DNA from: Blastocatellia bacterium
GTDB taxonomy: Bacteria; Acidobacteriota; Blastocatellia; HR10; J050
NCBI GenBank assembly: GCA_025054955.1
Contig: JANWZE010000130.1
Span: 9,261-73,260 of the forward strand
Direction: 5' to 3'
Length of the DNA stretch: 64,000 bases
The notes beneath the pieces are model-generated. The model ran no database searches. It saw nothing but the letters and a program-made list of their open reading frames with translations, and had not been told where the DNA came from. The position numbers and the translations under genes were made by a program. Positions 38,235 to 48,712 of the stretch are shown piece by piece; position 1 is the first letter of the stretch, and each line of letters begins with the position of its first letter.

Positions 38235-39590
38235 ATGGTTCAGAGAGTTCGTCGCAACGGTCTCTTTGGTGTGCTGAAGGATTTGCCCCGCAACATCTGG
38301 GACTCGATCTTTCGTCATCCGCTGCCATCATCTGATTTGGGACGCGCACAAACGAGCTTCACCAATTTCTTTTTGCACATCCATCCTGTCAAGGTTCATC
38401 GGCACACACTCCGTCCGACCTACACCTTCGGACTTGGACTGATCTCTTTCTTCTTGTTCTTGATTTTGACGGTGACCGGCATTCTGCTGATGTTCTATTA
38501 CGTGCCGTCAACCACGCAGGCGTATGACCGGATGCTGGATTTGCGCGGTTCGGTAGCGTTTGGCACGTTCTTGCGCAATATGCACCGCTGGTCGGCTCAT
38601 GGGATGGTAGCGGCCGTCTTCCTGCACATGTGCCGTGTATTCTTCACCGGGTCCTATCAGTCGCCGCGCGAGTTCAACTGGGTCATCGGGGTGCTCCTCT
38701 TCCTCGTGACGTTGTTCATGAGTTTCACTGGCTACTTGTTGCCGTGGGACCAACTGGCGTTCTGGGCCATCACGGTGGGCACGTCCATTGCTGCCTACGC
38801 GCCCGTGTTCGGCCAGGAGATCAGATTCCTGTTGCTTGGCGACAACACGGTTGGTCAGGAGGCGCTGCTACGGTTCTACGTCTTGCATGTGGCGGTGCTG
38901 CCATTGATCCTCAGTTTGCTGGTGGCTGTTCACTTCTGGCGCATTCGTAAAGATGGCGGCCTCTCCCGCCCGCCGGAGGCTGACACCGAATTGTTTGAGT
39001 CGCAAGCACAGACTGATGAACCCGTCAGGGAGATTGAGCCGGCGTCGGCGACGTTGGCCGCCGGCGTGGGCGCACCGGTAGGCGACACCACGACCGGGAT
39101 GATGGGCGTCGTCAAGCGACGCTATGGTATCCAAGGGTTGGTACGCGGCCCCTTCACCACGATTGGCAACGTGCCGGACAATTCGGTATTCAGTTGGCCG
39201 CATCTGTTCATGGCTGAATTGTTCGTCTTCGTCTTGACGGTGGCGGGCGTGCTGGTCGTCTCGTTTTTCTTCGCCGCGCCGTTGGAAGAGCCGGTTAATG
39301 TGCAGCACCCGCCGAACCCGGCCAAAGCGCCGTGGTACTTTCTCGGCCTGCAAGAGATGGTCAGCTACTCAGCTTTCTGGGGCGGCGTGGGAATTCCAAC
39401 CATCGAGGTGCTGATCTTGTTGTTGGTTCCCTACATTGATCGTCGCGTGCGCGGCGTGGGTCGCTGGTTTGCCCGCGAGCGGTTGTTACCGAACACGTTG
39501 TTTCTGATCTTTGCTCTGACCAATGTGATCCTGATCATCATTGGCACATTCTTCCGGGGGCCAAATTGGGAATTTGTTTCCCCCTGGTGA
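38235..39590 (+). CDS. Cytochrome b subunit of the bc complex (cytochrome b6 and subunit-IV-like portions fused).
   Basis: Cytochrome b signature helices with His ligands ([22 protein letters not shown]...). 451 aa. Confidence 0.85.
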   Translation: MVQRVRRNGLFGVLKDLPRNIWDSIFRHPLPSSDLGRAQTSFTNFFLHIHPVKVHRHTLRPTYTFGLGLISFFLFLILTVTGILLMFYYVPSTTQAYDRMLDLRGSVAFGTFLRNMHRWSAHGMVAAVFLHMCRVFFTGSYQSPREFNWVIGVLLFLVTLFMSFTGYLLPWDQLAFWAITVGTSIAAYAPVFGQEIRFLLLGDNTVGQEALLRFYVLHVAVLPLILSLLVAVHFWRIRKDGGLSRPPEADTELFESQAQTDEPVREIEPASATLAAGVGAPVGDTTTGMMGVVKRRYGIQGLVRGPFTTIGNVPDNSVFSWPHLFMAELFVFVLTVAGVLVVSFFFAAPLEEPVNVQHPPNPAKAPWYFLGLQEMVSYSAFWGGVGIPTIEVLILLLVPYIDRRVRGVGRWFARERLLPNTLFLIFALTNVILIIIGTFFRGPNWEFVSPW

Positions 39591-39639
39591 GAGGATCAGC
39601 CACGAATGAATACACATGAACACGCACAAAGCCAACATT

Positions 39640-39725
39640 CGACTTCAGAAACGACCAACTGTCGGCGGTCTGAAGTCCGATGTCTGAAGCCTGATGTCCG
39701 ACTCTCTGAAGTCTGATCTCTGATT
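39640..39725. repeat. Intergenic heptamer-periodic repeat (TCTGAAG / TCCGATG ...) with a hairpin.
   Basis: gtctgaagtccgatgtctgaagcctgatgtccgactctctgaagtctgatctctgattg. Confidence 0.6.
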
Positions 39726-39741
39726 GTTGAGGAGTGAGCGT

Positions 39742-41523
39742 ATGCGAGTGGCGCTGGCCATTTCGAGTTTTGTCGCTTTGATCATACATGGAATTGTCTT
39801 TTATGACCAATTCTTTCACCAGTGGGAAGACCACCAGACGGCCTACTTTGAGCAAGCGCGTGGGCTAGCTACGAAGGATGCCGAACGCGCGGCGCTGGAA
39901 GGGCGTCGCCCACGCATTGAACAAATCATCGTCACGCAATTCGGCGAAGCGCGTGTAGACCGGTGTACCACGTGCCATATCGCGATAGATGACCCGCGAT
40001 TCAAAGCTCATGCCGAGCCGTTGCGCACGCACCCTAATTCGGAGGCGCTGGGAGACACGTTTGTCAATGGCCGTTGGGAGCGGCGACACAAGTTTTCTGA
40101 TTTCGGCTGCACGGTCTGTCACGATGGGCAAGGGCGTGGGCTGGAAACATTCTATGCGCATGGCGAGGATCACTTCTGGCCAGAACCGCTGCTGGGCTAC
40201 ACGACGCAAGAGACGTGGCGAGCGGAGTTCAAACCGAAGCTCCTCGGCAAAGAGTTCATGCAAGCCAATTGTGCCCAGTGCCACACCGAAGAAAATTTCA
40301 AGAGCACGCCTCTGGTCTCGCGTGGTCGGCAGCTCTTCTTTGAAAAGAATTGCTACGGCTGCCATCGCATCGAAGGGATGTCCACGGGCACACTCGGACC
40401 CGATTTAACGGAAGTCGGCAAAAAGTTCAAGCTCGATTATCTGTGGGAATCTATCGTCGAGCCACGCGCCAATAGCGCCGTCTCTTCTATGCCGAAGTTT
40501 AACCTGAGCGACGAGGACGTTAAATCGCTCGTCGTGTTCCTCAAGAGCCGGCGCGGGATGAACTTTGCTGAAACGTCGCTCGAGCGGTATCGCGCACGAA
40601 TACGAGAGAGCAAGGTCGAGCCGGCCACCCAACCCACAACCGAAGTGGCCGGTGTGAGCGCGGCCGCCCGTGGCGAGCGGCTGATCAATGAGCGCGCGTG
40701 CGCCGCCTGCCACAAGATTGGCGATCGTGACGGCGGGATCGCGCCCGATCTTTCGTTTGAAGGTCTGCTCAGAGACGAGTCGTGGCTGATGGATCACTTC
40801 CGCGATCCGCGCTCGCGTGTGCCGGATTCGATCATGCCGGCGTTCGGGTTCTCCGATAGCGAATTCCTTTCGATGACACAATACCTGAAGAGCCTGACAA
40901 CGCCGCCGCCGACGGCGACGCCCGCCGAGGCATATAAAAATCTCTGCGCACGCTGCCACGGCGAGAAAGGCGATGGGCACGGCCTGATCGCTCTCTATCT
41001 GGACCCATACCCGCGCGATTTGACCAAGGTCGCCTTCATGAATAGCAAGCCAGAAGAGCGATTCATCATGTCCATCAAAGAAGGTGTGCCTGGCACGTCC
41101 ATGCCGGCATGGGGGAAAGTGCTTAACGACGCGCAGATTCGCGACCTGCTCAATTACATTTGGCAAACCTTCGTGCGCGAGCCGCGCCGGGAGCTGAAAG
41201 CGCGGAACGTGCCGGCGCACAATCCGGTCGCGATGAGCGGCGAATCGGTCGCGCGCGGTGAGCGAATCTACTTGCAGCGGTGCACAGGGTGCCACGGGCG
41301 GAAAGCTGATGGCAAGGGGCCAAATTCACTGGACATCCTGCCCCGCCCACGCAATCTGCGCAACCGCGATTTCATCAATAGCGTCAGTGATCGCCGATTG
41401 TTCGACGCCATCATGTACGGCGTGCAAGGAACCGCCATGCCGCCGTGGATTGACTATGGGCTGTCGCAAAACGATGTCGGCGACCTGGTCAATTATCTCA
41501 GAAGTTTGAATCAAACCAATTAG
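39742..41523 (+). CDS. Membrane-anchored multihaem cytochrome c with seven CxxCH motifs. The C-terminal about 200 aa are CcoP-like (dihaem).
   Basis: CTTCH, CTVCH, CAQCH, CYGCH, CAACH, CARCH, CTGCH. The C-terminal domain shows the CxxCHG.DG.G...MP.W pattern of cbb3 subunit III. Confidence 0.75.
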   Translation: MRVALAISSFVALIIHGIVFYDQFFHQWEDHQTAYFEQARGLATKDAERAALEGRRPRIEQIIVTQFGEARVDRCTTCHIAIDDPRFKAHAEPLRTHPNSEALGDTFVNGRWERRHKFSDFGCTVCHDGQGRGLETFYAHGEDHFWPEPLLGYTTQETWRAEFKPKLLGKEFMQANCAQCHTEENFKSTPLVSRGRQLFFEKNCYGCHRIEGMSTGTLGPDLTEVGKKFKLDYLWESIVEPRANSAVSSMPKFNLSDEDVKSLVVFLKSRRGMNFAETSLERYRARIRESKVEPATQPTTEVAGVSAAARGERLINERACAACHKIGDRDGGIAPDLSFEGLLRDESWLMDHFRDPRSRVPDSIMPAFGFSDSEFLSMTQYLKSLTTPPPTATPAEAYKNLCARCHGEKGDGHGLIALYLDPYPRDLTKVAFMNSKPEERFIMSIKEGVPGTSMPAWGKVLNDAQIRDLLNYIWQTFVREPRRELKARNVPAHNPVAMSGESVARGERIYLQRCTGCHGRKADGKGPNSLDILPRPRNLRNRDFINSVSDRRLFDAIMYGVQGTAMPPWIDYGLSQNDVGDLVNYLRSLNQTN

Positions 41524-41558
41524 CACAGCCAACGAGTCTGTGCCGCTGGGGAGGTACT

Positions 41559-42956
41559 ATGCAGACAGAGAAAGAACTCCAAGCTGAAAGAGAAGCCGCC
41601 ATCTCTCGCATGCATGAGGACACCACCGCCAAATTTTTTCTCGTGAGCTCTATCACATACTTTTTCATCGTCGGCATCGTGGCCATCACGATTGCGGCCA
41701 AATTCGTCTGGCCGCAACTGCTCGGGACAGTCGCGCCGTTGTCGTATGGTCGGTTGCGCGCGCTGCATGTCAACGGGATGCTCTTTGGCTGGCTGCTCGC
41801 GGCCAGCATGGGCTTGACGTACTACGTTGTGCCACGACTGTGCGGCGTCAAATTGTGGAGTGAAAAGCTCGGCGTAGCAACCGCCGTGCTGTGGAATGTG
41901 ATCGTACTGGGCGCCGTCGTCTCGATGCTGGCCGGGTGGAACCAGGGATTGGAGTATGCTGAGCTGCCGCTGCCACTCGATGTGCTGGTGGTGATTGCTT
42001 GGGTGATGTTCGGCGTGAACATCTTTGCCACGGTTGCGGCGCGGAAATATCAGCAGATGTACGTGACCATCTGGTACGTAATGGGCTGCATCTTGTGGAC
42101 GGCGTTTGTTTACCTGACAGGCAACTTCGCGGTGCTGTTCACCACCGGCGTGAATCAAGCGAATTTGAATTGGATGTACGTGCACAACGCTGTCGGGTTG
42201 ATCTTCACACCGATCGGCTTGGCGCTGGCTTACTACTTCATCCCGAAAGCATCGAACACGCCGCTGTTCAGTCACAAGCTTTCGATGATCGGCTTCTGGT
42301 CGCTGGCGTTCGTCTACGTGTGGACCGGCGCGCACCACATGCTCCATGGGCCGATCTCGCAGTGGCTGCAGACGATTGCCATTGTCTTCTCGGTCATGCT
42401 GCTGATTCCTGTGTGGGCTGTGGTTTATAACTTCTTCGCCACGATGAAGGGGCAGTGGCATCAACTGCGCGATAATGTGCCGCTGAAGTTCCTCATGTCG
42501 GGTGTCGTGTTCTACCTGCTCACCTGTTTCCAAGGGCCGATGCACAGTTTGCGCTCGGTCAACGCCATAGTTTCTAAGACCGATTGGATTCCCGGTCACG
42601 CGCACATGGCGGTGCTCGGCGCCTTCTCGTTCTTTGCCATTGCCGGCAGCTATTACATCGTCCCACGCATGTTCAAAACAAAGCTGCATTCGGACGCGCT
42701 GGCCAATTGGAGTTTTTGGTTGTTCCTGATCGGTGGATTAGGATTTTTCGTGACGCTCTGGCTGGGTGGCTTCTGGCAAGGCTGGCAGTGGAACAATCCG
42801 GCGATTCCGTTCATTGATACAGTAGTGGCGTTGAAACCGGTGTGGACGGTGCGCTTCTTCTCCGGCGTGTTGATGTTCCTCGGTATCGTCACCTTTGCTT
42901 ACAACATCCTGGCCACGATGGTTGGCGCGAAGCCAGCGAAAGCAGCGGCCGCATGA
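41559..42956 (+). CDS. ccoN: cbb3-type cytochrome c oxidase subunit I (CcoN).
   Basis: 12-TM haem-copper oxidase pattern. RLRALHVNGMLFGW and HHMLHGP motifs. 465 aa. Confidence 0.8.
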   Translation: MQTEKELQAEREAAISRMHEDTTAKFFLVSSITYFFIVGIVAITIAAKFVWPQLLGTVAPLSYGRLRALHVNGMLFGWLLAASMGLTYYVVPRLCGVKLWSEKLGVATAVLWNVIVLGAVVSMLAGWNQGLEYAELPLPLDVLVVIAWVMFGVNIFATVAARKYQQMYVTIWYVMGCILWTAFVYLTGNFAVLFTTGVNQANLNWMYVHNAVGLIFTPIGLALAYYFIPKASNTPLFSHKLSMIGFWSLAFVYVWTGAHHMLHGPISQWLQTIAIVFSVMLLIPVWAVVYNFFATMKGQWHQLRDNVPLKFLMSGVVFYLLTCFQGPMHSLRSVNAIVSKTDWIPGHAHMAVLGAFSFFAIAGSYYIVPRMFKTKLHSDALANWSFWLFLIGGLGFFVTLWLGGFWQGWQWNNPAIPFIDTVVALKPVWTVRFFSGVLMFLGIVTFAYNILATMVGAKPAKAAAA

Positions 42957-43066
42957 CGAAGGAGGAAAAAACCCGGGAGCGCGCTTGCAAGCGTGTCGCC
43001 TGTCGAAGGTGAAACGGGGCAGACAAGATGCCTACGCTCCCAGCGCATTGATGTAAGGAGGCAGAT

Positions 43067-43636
43067 ATGTTGCGAAAAGCCGATTTCAGTGCTGTGGCGC
43101 TCGTCGCGGGCGCCCTGATTCTGTTTTTCATTGGTGGACTGCTGACGACCGTGGTTCCACCGCTGGTGGATAAGAGTTGGGCTAAGCCATTTGAAAATGC
43201 CGATCCGAGCCGCGGACCAACGGGCAAGCTCCGACCACTGACCGAACAAGAGCTGAAAGGCCGCGCCATCTACATCCGTGAAGGCTGCTGGTACTGCCAC
43301 ACACAACAGACGCGCACGTTGCTCGCCGACACGAAACGATCGGGTTGGAGAGGTGTGGACTCGCCCATCTCAACGCCCGATGAGTTCGTGTACGACAACC
43401 CGCACCTGTTCGGCACCAAACGCACCGGCCCAGACCTATCGCGCGTTGGTGGCAAGTACGACACGCAGTGGCATCGGACGCACTTCCGCAATCCGCGTGA
43501 TTTGGTGCCTGGCTCGATCATGCCGCCATATCCTTGGATCGCCAACAACGAAGAAGAGTTTCAAGCGATTGTAGCGTACTTGCAATCGCTCGGTCGCGCC
43601 AAGCAGTGGCGGCCCGAGAACGATTATGAGAAATAG
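43067..43636 (+). CDS. ccoO: cbb3-type cytochrome c oxidase subunit II (CcoO, monohaem).
   Basis: N-terminal TM. CWYCHTQ. NPHLFGTKRTGPDLSRVGGKY...WH..HF.NPR. RBS AAGGAGG. Confidence 0.85.
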   Translation: MLRKADFSAVALVAGALILFFIGGLLTTVVPPLVDKSWAKPFENADPSRGPTGKLRPLTEQELKGRAIYIREGCWYCHTQQTRTLLADTKRSGWRGVDSPISTPDEFVYDNPHLFGTKRTGPDLSRVGGKYDTQWHRTHFRNPRDLVPGSIMPPYPWIANNEEEFQAIVAYLQSLGRAKQWRPENDYEK

Positions 43637-43736
43637 CCATTGGTTATCGGTTACTTGTTATTGTCATTGGTTGCTGCTCGAGCATGGTCTGAGGCAAACG
43701 ACGAACAACGAGTAACAAATCACAAGGGATGGCCTT

Positions 43737-43925
43737 ATGCGAGATTATGTTTATCCGAGCATCTTCTTTGCGTATTTCTTCTTCGCCTTATTGCTCATCG
43801 GCGCGATCATCTTCTTCTTGCGGTCATTCAAAGATGGCTATTGGGGACCTGACGGCGAGTCGCCCAAGTACCGGATGCTTGCTGATGATGATCGCGTGGA
43901 CGAAGAGGCGAACAAAACCGCCTGA
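43737..43925 (+). CDS. Small single-TM membrane protein (CcoQ-like position).
   Basis: 62 aa with an acidic C-terminus. Position between ccoO and downstream genes. Confidence 0.4.
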   Translation: MRDYVYPSIFFAYFFFALLLIGAIIFFLRSFKDGYWGPDGESPKYRMLADDDRVDEEANKTA

Positions 43926-43935
43926 GGAGGTAAGT

Positions 43936-44241
43936 ATGGCCGAGACTCAACCCCAACAGGAGATCAAAGAGTATGCCGACGGCTGGATCACCGAGCGCAA
44001 GGGCACAGATGTGCCGACGTTCTTGAAGGTGGCCTTCATTGTCATTGCTGGCGGCTGTCTGGCGTATTTCTTCATCTACATGTATGGCGAGACGACGCAC
44101 GAGGATCGTGGCATCCTGGTGCAGCAATTCAATGAGGTGACGCAATCATCGCCGGCGCTGATGTACATTGTGGCGGCGTTAGCGCTGATCTACGGCATCA
44201 TCGTCGTTAGCTTTGCCTGGAGAAAATTTCACGAGGACTAA
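43936..44241 (+). CDS. Small two-TM membrane protein.
   Basis: GAGGAGG RBS before the ATG at 43936. The ORF track embeds it in a longer 43729 ORF. Confidence 0.45.
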   Translation: MAETQPQQEIKEYADGWITERKGTDVPTFLKVAFIVIAGGCLAYFFIYMYGETTHEDRGILVQQFNEVTQSSPALMYIVAALALIYGIIVVSFAWRKFHED

Positions 44242-44250
44242 CGGACGACA

Positions 44251-46182
44251 ATGAACAAAAAGCCCTACGAGCTGGACGTGCCGGATGGCACCGATTACTG
44301 GATCAAGATGATCAAGTGCCAGGACGCCTGCCCTGTGCACACCGACGCATGCGGGTACGTGACGGCGATCGCCGAAGGACGCTATGAAGACGCATATCGG
44401 CTGGCACGGGCGACGAATCCGTTTGCTTCGATCTGTGGGCGCGTCTGTGGGGCGCCGTGCGAGGTCAACTGCCGGCGTGGCGACATTGATGCGCCGATCA
44501 CGATCCGCGCGCTCAAGCGATTCGTGACCGAGAAGTTCGGCCCGGAGACCGGCGACTATCAGTTCTATCTCGACGCCTGCGACAAACGCATGTTGCCGCC
44601 GGGTCGCGGCGATTATGAAAAGGTCGCCGTGGTGGGCGCTGGAGTCTCCGGGCTCACGGTAGCTCACGATCTGGCACAACTCGGTTACCGGGTGACCGTC
44701 TTTGAAGCGCACACCAAACCGGGCGGCATGCTCACAGTGGGCGTGCCAGTGTTTCGCTTGCCGCGTGAGCTGGTCGAGCATGAGATCAATGCCATCCTCT
44801 CGCTCGGCGTGGAACTCAAGTGCAATATGCGCCTGGGTCGCGATTTCACCATCAGCGATCTGAGGCGCCAGGGATACAAAGCCATATTCCTCGGCGTCGG
44901 TCTGCCCAAAGGGCGGAAGCTGCCAATTCCCGGTTTCGACTTGCCACAGGTTTACGATGGGATGGATTTCCTACGCGCCTTCAATGAAGGCACGCCGCTG
45001 CCGCTGGGCAAACGTGTTGTTGTCATCGGCGGTGGCAACGTGGCGTATGATGTTGCCCGCTCAGCGCTTCGTCCGGTGCAACAGGTCATGAGCGAAGAGG
45101 CCGCCTCGGACATCGAGCGAGGAGAACGCATCGCGTATGATGTGGCGCGTTCAGCCCTGCGCCTCAGCGGCGACAAAGAAGTTCATATCGTCTGTCTGGA
45201 GCAACGCCACGAGATGCCCGCCGACGAGACGGAAATTCTTGAAGGCGAAGAAGAGGGCCTCATCCTGCACAACGCGCGTGGTCCGAAGGAAATCCTCAGC
45301 AGTAACGGCGCCGTCACCGGCCTGCGAACGATCCGATGCGTGTCGGTCTTCGATGCCGAGAGACGTTTCAATCCCACATTTGATGAATCTCATGTCGAAG
45401 ACATCCCTGCCGACACGATTATCTTTGCGATCGGCCAAACCTCGGACCTCTCGTTTCTCTCGCCAGAAGATGGCGTCGAAGTCGAGCGTGGGTTGATTAA
45501 AGTTGATCCAGAGACTTATCAAACCAGCGCCCCCGACGTCTTCGCCTGCGGCGACATTGCGCACGGCCCGCGACTCTTTATTCACGCCATCGCGTCGGCT
45601 CAGATCGCAGCGCGCTCGATGCACGACTACTTGCGCGGCACGCGAACCGACGTGGTGGTGCGCAAACGCTGGCTGCCCGCTGATTACACCATGCTCGAAG
45701 GTTGGGAGCGGCTGGAGCGCCGCCACCCGCCAGTCGTGGAAGCTGAACGACGGATCGCCTCACTCGATACGATTGAAGCGCCGTTTCCTGAAGCCGAAGC
45801 GCAGCAACAAGCGTCACGCTGTTTGCGCTGCAACATCAACACCGTGTTTGACACCGATATTTGCATCGCCTGCAATGGCTGCGTGGACATCTGTCCTCAG
45901 AATATCATCCGGCTCGTGGGCCTTCATCAATTGCGCATGGAGGAACGCTTGATGAAGCTCGCCGCGGAAACGTTCGGCATCACGCTCGCCGATTTGGAGA
46001 CGTTGAGCGATCAGGAACTGGATCAACTCGGCGGCGTGATGTTGAAAGACGAGACGACGTGCATTCGCTGTGCGCTGTGCGCATCGCGCTGTCCGACCCA
46101 CGCGATCAAAATGAAACGATTTGAGTTCTACCGGGAGTGCGTGACGGTTCCGGTCAGGAATCCGAAGATCAAATATGAATAG
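44251..46182 (+). CDS. GltD-family NAD(P)H/FAD oxidoreductase with an N-terminal Fe-S Cys cluster and a C-terminal 2x[4Fe-4S] ferredoxin domain.
   Basis: CQDACPVH...CGRVCGAPCEVNC. Dinucleotide fold VAVVGAGVSGL and VVVIGGGNVA. CLRCNINTVFDTDICIACNGCVDICP and CIRCALCASRCP. Confidence 0.75.
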   Translation: MNKKPYELDVPDGTDYWIKMIKCQDACPVHTDACGYVTAIAEGRYEDAYRLARATNPFASICGRVCGAPCEVNCRRGDIDAPITIRALKRFVTEKFGPETGDYQFYLDACDKRMLPPGRGDYEKVAVVGAGVSGLTVAHDLAQLGYRVTVFEAHTKPGGMLTVGVPVFRLPRELVEHEINAILSLGVELKCNMRLGRDFTISDLRRQGYKAIFLGVGLPKGRKLPIPGFDLPQVYDGMDFLRAFNEGTPLPLGKRVVVIGGGNVAYDVARSALRPVQQVMSEEAASDIERGERIAYDVARSALRLSGDKEVHIVCLEQRHEMPADETEILEGEEEGLILHNARGPKEILSSNGAVTGLRTIRCVSVFDAERRFNPTFDESHVEDIPADTIIFAIGQTSDLSFLSPEDGVEVERGLIKVDPETYQTSAPDVFACGDIAHGPRLFIHAIASAQIAARSMHDYLRGTRTDVVVRKRWLPADYTMLEGWERLERRHPPVVEAERRIASLDTIEAPFPEAEAQQQASRCLRCNINTVFDTDICIACNGCVDICPQNIIRLVGLHQLRMEERLMKLAAETFGITLADLETLSDQELDQLGGVMLKDETTCIRCALCASRCPTHAIKMKRFEFYRECVTVPVRNPKIKYE

Positions 46183-46384
46183 CCCACTACAACGCTGCAA
46201 ATTTCTCGGTGATCGCCCCTCGGATGTCAGTCTGTGCAGATGGCCCGCTCTGGCCACCTGCGCCTCCAGCTCATCGCCTTGCGGGCGGTCGGAGAACGGC
46301 GCTCCGGTGATGGTTCTCCACCGACTTGTTGCAGCAAGCAAATTCTCTGCGGCCATGCGCGTCTTCTATGGGTAACGTTACACT

Positions 46385-47119
46385 ATGACGCTCTTGGAAT
46401 TTTATCTCATCTTCAGCTTTGGGCTCCTGAGCAGCCTTCACTGCGTGCAGATGTGCGGGCCGATCGTCCTCTCCTACAGCTTGCCGCTTGGCTCACACGC
46501 AACCGGCAATTCACGCCGACGGCGCGCTAACGTGCTCGTTGCCCACCTTTCATACAATCTCGGACGCATTGTGACTTACATGACGCTTGGCGCCGTGGGC
46601 GGATTGACCGGCGGAACAATCGGGTTAATCGGACAACTGGCCGGCATCGAGAATGTGGTGGCGATCATCGTTGGAGGACTCATGGTGCTAACCGGTCTGG
46701 TGATGCTCGATCTGATGCCGCTTACGGCCATTCAGCGATTTGATCCGCTTCGCTTCACCATGCGCCTGTTCCGACCGCTGAATTGTCAAATCGCCTCGCC
46801 AACTGTAGCCAGCAAGTTTCGTCTGGGATTGATGCTTGGTTTTCTTCCATGTGGACTGGTGTATGCGGCGCTGCTCAAAGCTATCGCCTCGGCGACGCCA
46901 CTTGGCGGGGCGCTGACCATGTTCGCATTCGGCTTGGGCACGGTCGGCGCGTTGCTGGCCGTTGGATTGTGCTCCTCCGCGTTCAGTCTGAAATTGGGAC
47001 GCTGGGGAACACGACTGGCAGCGGTGAGCGTGACGTTGCTCGGCGCTTTTTTGATTTGGCGCGGCGTGATGGCCGCACCACTGCTCGGCCATGGCGACGC
47101 TCCGTGCTGCCATCACTGA
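46385..47119 (+). CDS. DsbD_2-family membrane protein (HCxxMCGP motif), of the type often annotated as sulfite exporter TauE/SafE.
   Basis: SLHCVQMCGPIV near the N-terminus. About 6 TM. C-terminal CCHH. Confidence 0.55.
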   Translation: MTLLEFYLIFSFGLLSSLHCVQMCGPIVLSYSLPLGSHATGNSRRRRANVLVAHLSYNLGRIVTYMTLGAVGGLTGGTIGLIGQLAGIENVVAIIVGGLMVLTGLVMLDLMPLTAIQRFDPLRFTMRLFRPLNCQIASPTVASKFRLGLMLGFLPCGLVYAALLKAIASATPLGGALTMFAFGLGTVGALLAVGLCSSAFSLKLGRWGTRLAAVSVTLLGAFLIWRGVMAAPLLGHGDAPCCHH

Positions 47120-47129
47120 GGGTTGTCTT

Positions 47130-48512
47130 GTGAAGAATGACTCAACGTCGGTCATAACGAAACCGGTCAAACCACGACCAACATGCCCGCCGGCGGCCAA
47201 AACCTCAGGGCAGCCATCGGCCCAGACCCTCCCTAAGGGCATCTCGTATCACCGCCTACGCAAGGCGGTTCATCTGATCTGCGTCATCATCTTCATCGCG
47301 CTGCCATTCTTTGACGTAATGCGGTTTGACATTCCGCGCCAACGATTTTATTTCGCTGGCTACGAGCTGTGGATCAATGAATTCGGCATCATCTTTTTCG
47401 CGCTGATGTTCCTGCTGTTCCTCATCGCGGCAGTTTCGATCTTTTATGGGCGATTTTACTGCGGCTATCTCTGTCCGCAGTTGATCTTCAGCGAAGCATC
47501 CATTGCGATTGAGGAGCGCATCCGGCGTTTCATCAACAAACGCTTCATTGACCTGAAGGCCCGACAACGCCAACGGATCAGTCGCGCGCTTTTCTATCTG
47601 GCGCTCGGCGTGGTGTCGGTGTTTCTGGCCTTCGTGTTCATCTCATACTTCGTTGAGCCACGCGATCTGTTTTGGCGACTCATGTCACTGGACATCAAGA
47701 CGGCAGGCGGCATCGCAGGCGCCACGACGACGCTGATCACCTTTCTGGACTTCACATTGGTTCGACAACGATTCTGCACGAGCGTGTGCCCATACGGGTA
47801 TCTGCAAGGCATGCTCTCGGATGACAATACGCTGATCGTGCATTACCGCGATGAAAACCGTGAGTGCATCGAATGCAAGAAGTGCGTGCGCGTGTGCGAA
47901 ATGGGGATTGACATTCGCACGTCGCCCTACCAGATCGAGTGCATTCACTGCGGCGAGTGCATTGACGCCTGCGCCGAGGTGCTTGGCAAGCTCGGTAAAC
48001 AAGGACTGATTCACTATGCATGGGGCGAGCATGGCGAGTTGTTGCAAGAAAAGAAACCGGTTTGGTATCGCCGGCTGGGCCTGCGAGACGCCAAGCGAGT
48101 GGTCATCTTGCTAGTGGTGCTGTTTTATGGCGCTGGGTTGTTCGTGGCGCTCTCCATGCGACGGGATGTGTTGGTGCGCGTCACGCCCGTGCGAACGACC
48201 CTTTACCGAATTGGACCGGACGGACAAATCCAGAATCAGTTTCGGTTGACGGTCGCCAATCGCGGTCATCACGACGCAATGCTCACACTCTCATTGGTGA
48301 ATTTGCCGGGCGCTCGCTTGATGTCCACGCAGAATCCGTTGCTGGTGAAACCGGGCGAGCAGAGCGAGCAAGAATTTGAAATCGCTGTTCCGCCATCTAT
48401 GCTGCCGCCTGGCGTGAATCACTTTCAGATCGTCGCGCACGTGGCGCCGGAAAATGTCAGCGACGCTTTTGACTTGACGTTCATCACGCCGACAGGGAGG
48501 TCATTGCCGTGA
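47130..48512 (+). CDS. ccoG: Cytochrome c oxidase accessory polyferredoxin CcoG/FixG.
   Basis: CGYLCPQ, CTSVCPYGYLQG, CIECKKCVRVCEMG, CIHCGECIDAC. Start uncertain: GTG at 47130, or the upstream ATG at 47091 overlapping the previous gene. Confidence 0.8.
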   Translation: MKNDSTSVITKPVKPRPTCPPAAKTSGQPSAQTLPKGISYHRLRKAVHLICVIIFIALPFFDVMRFDIPRQRFYFAGYELWINEFGIIFFALMFLLFLIAAVSIFYGRFYCGYLCPQLIFSEASIAIEERIRRFINKRFIDLKARQRQRISRALFYLALGVVSVFLAFVFISYFVEPRDLFWRLMSLDIKTAGGIAGATTTLITFLDFTLVRQRFCTSVCPYGYLQGMLSDDNTLIVHYRDENRECIECKKCVRVCEMGIDIRTSPYQIECIHCGECIDACAEVLGKLGKQGLIHYAWGEHGELLQEKKPVWYRRLGLRDAKRVVILLVVLFYGAGLFVALSMRRDVLVRVTPVRTTLYRIGPDGQIQNQFRLTVANRGHHDAMLTLSLVNLPGARLMSTQNPLLVKPGEQSEQEFEIAVPPSMLPPGVNHFQIVAHVAPENVSDAFDLTFITPTGRSLP

Positions 48513-48712
48513 GCATGCGAGCCATAGAGTTTCTCTCACGAAATCAGGGGGCGATCCTGAAGCTGATGCTTGGCTTCATTGTGATGCTGTTCATTTCCAT
48601 ACTGATCACCCTTTATGTTGTCGCCAAGAGCGCCAATCCGATCATCCTGAACGAGCAAGGCCGGCCGATGAATGCCGGCTCGAGCCAGCATCATGCTGAG
48701 TCACGCCGATGA
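48509..48712 (+). CDS. Small single-TM protein in the position of ccoH/fixH.
   Basis: 67 aa. Overlaps both neighbours by 4 nt (operonic). Confidence 0.4.
   Translation: MSMRAIEFLSRNQGAILKLMLGFIVMLFISILITLYVVAKSANPIILNEQGRPMNAGSSQHHAESRR

Noticed and set aside
41520-42689. 389-aa minus-strand ORF antisense to ccoN; similar antisense ORFs occur at 40405..41295, 31556..32227, 32053..32703 and 45151..45726.
   Set aside because: These are antisense shadows of strongly supported genes (ccoN, cytochrome c, flotillin, flavoprotein). Their composition is His/Arg/Pro-rich nonsense.
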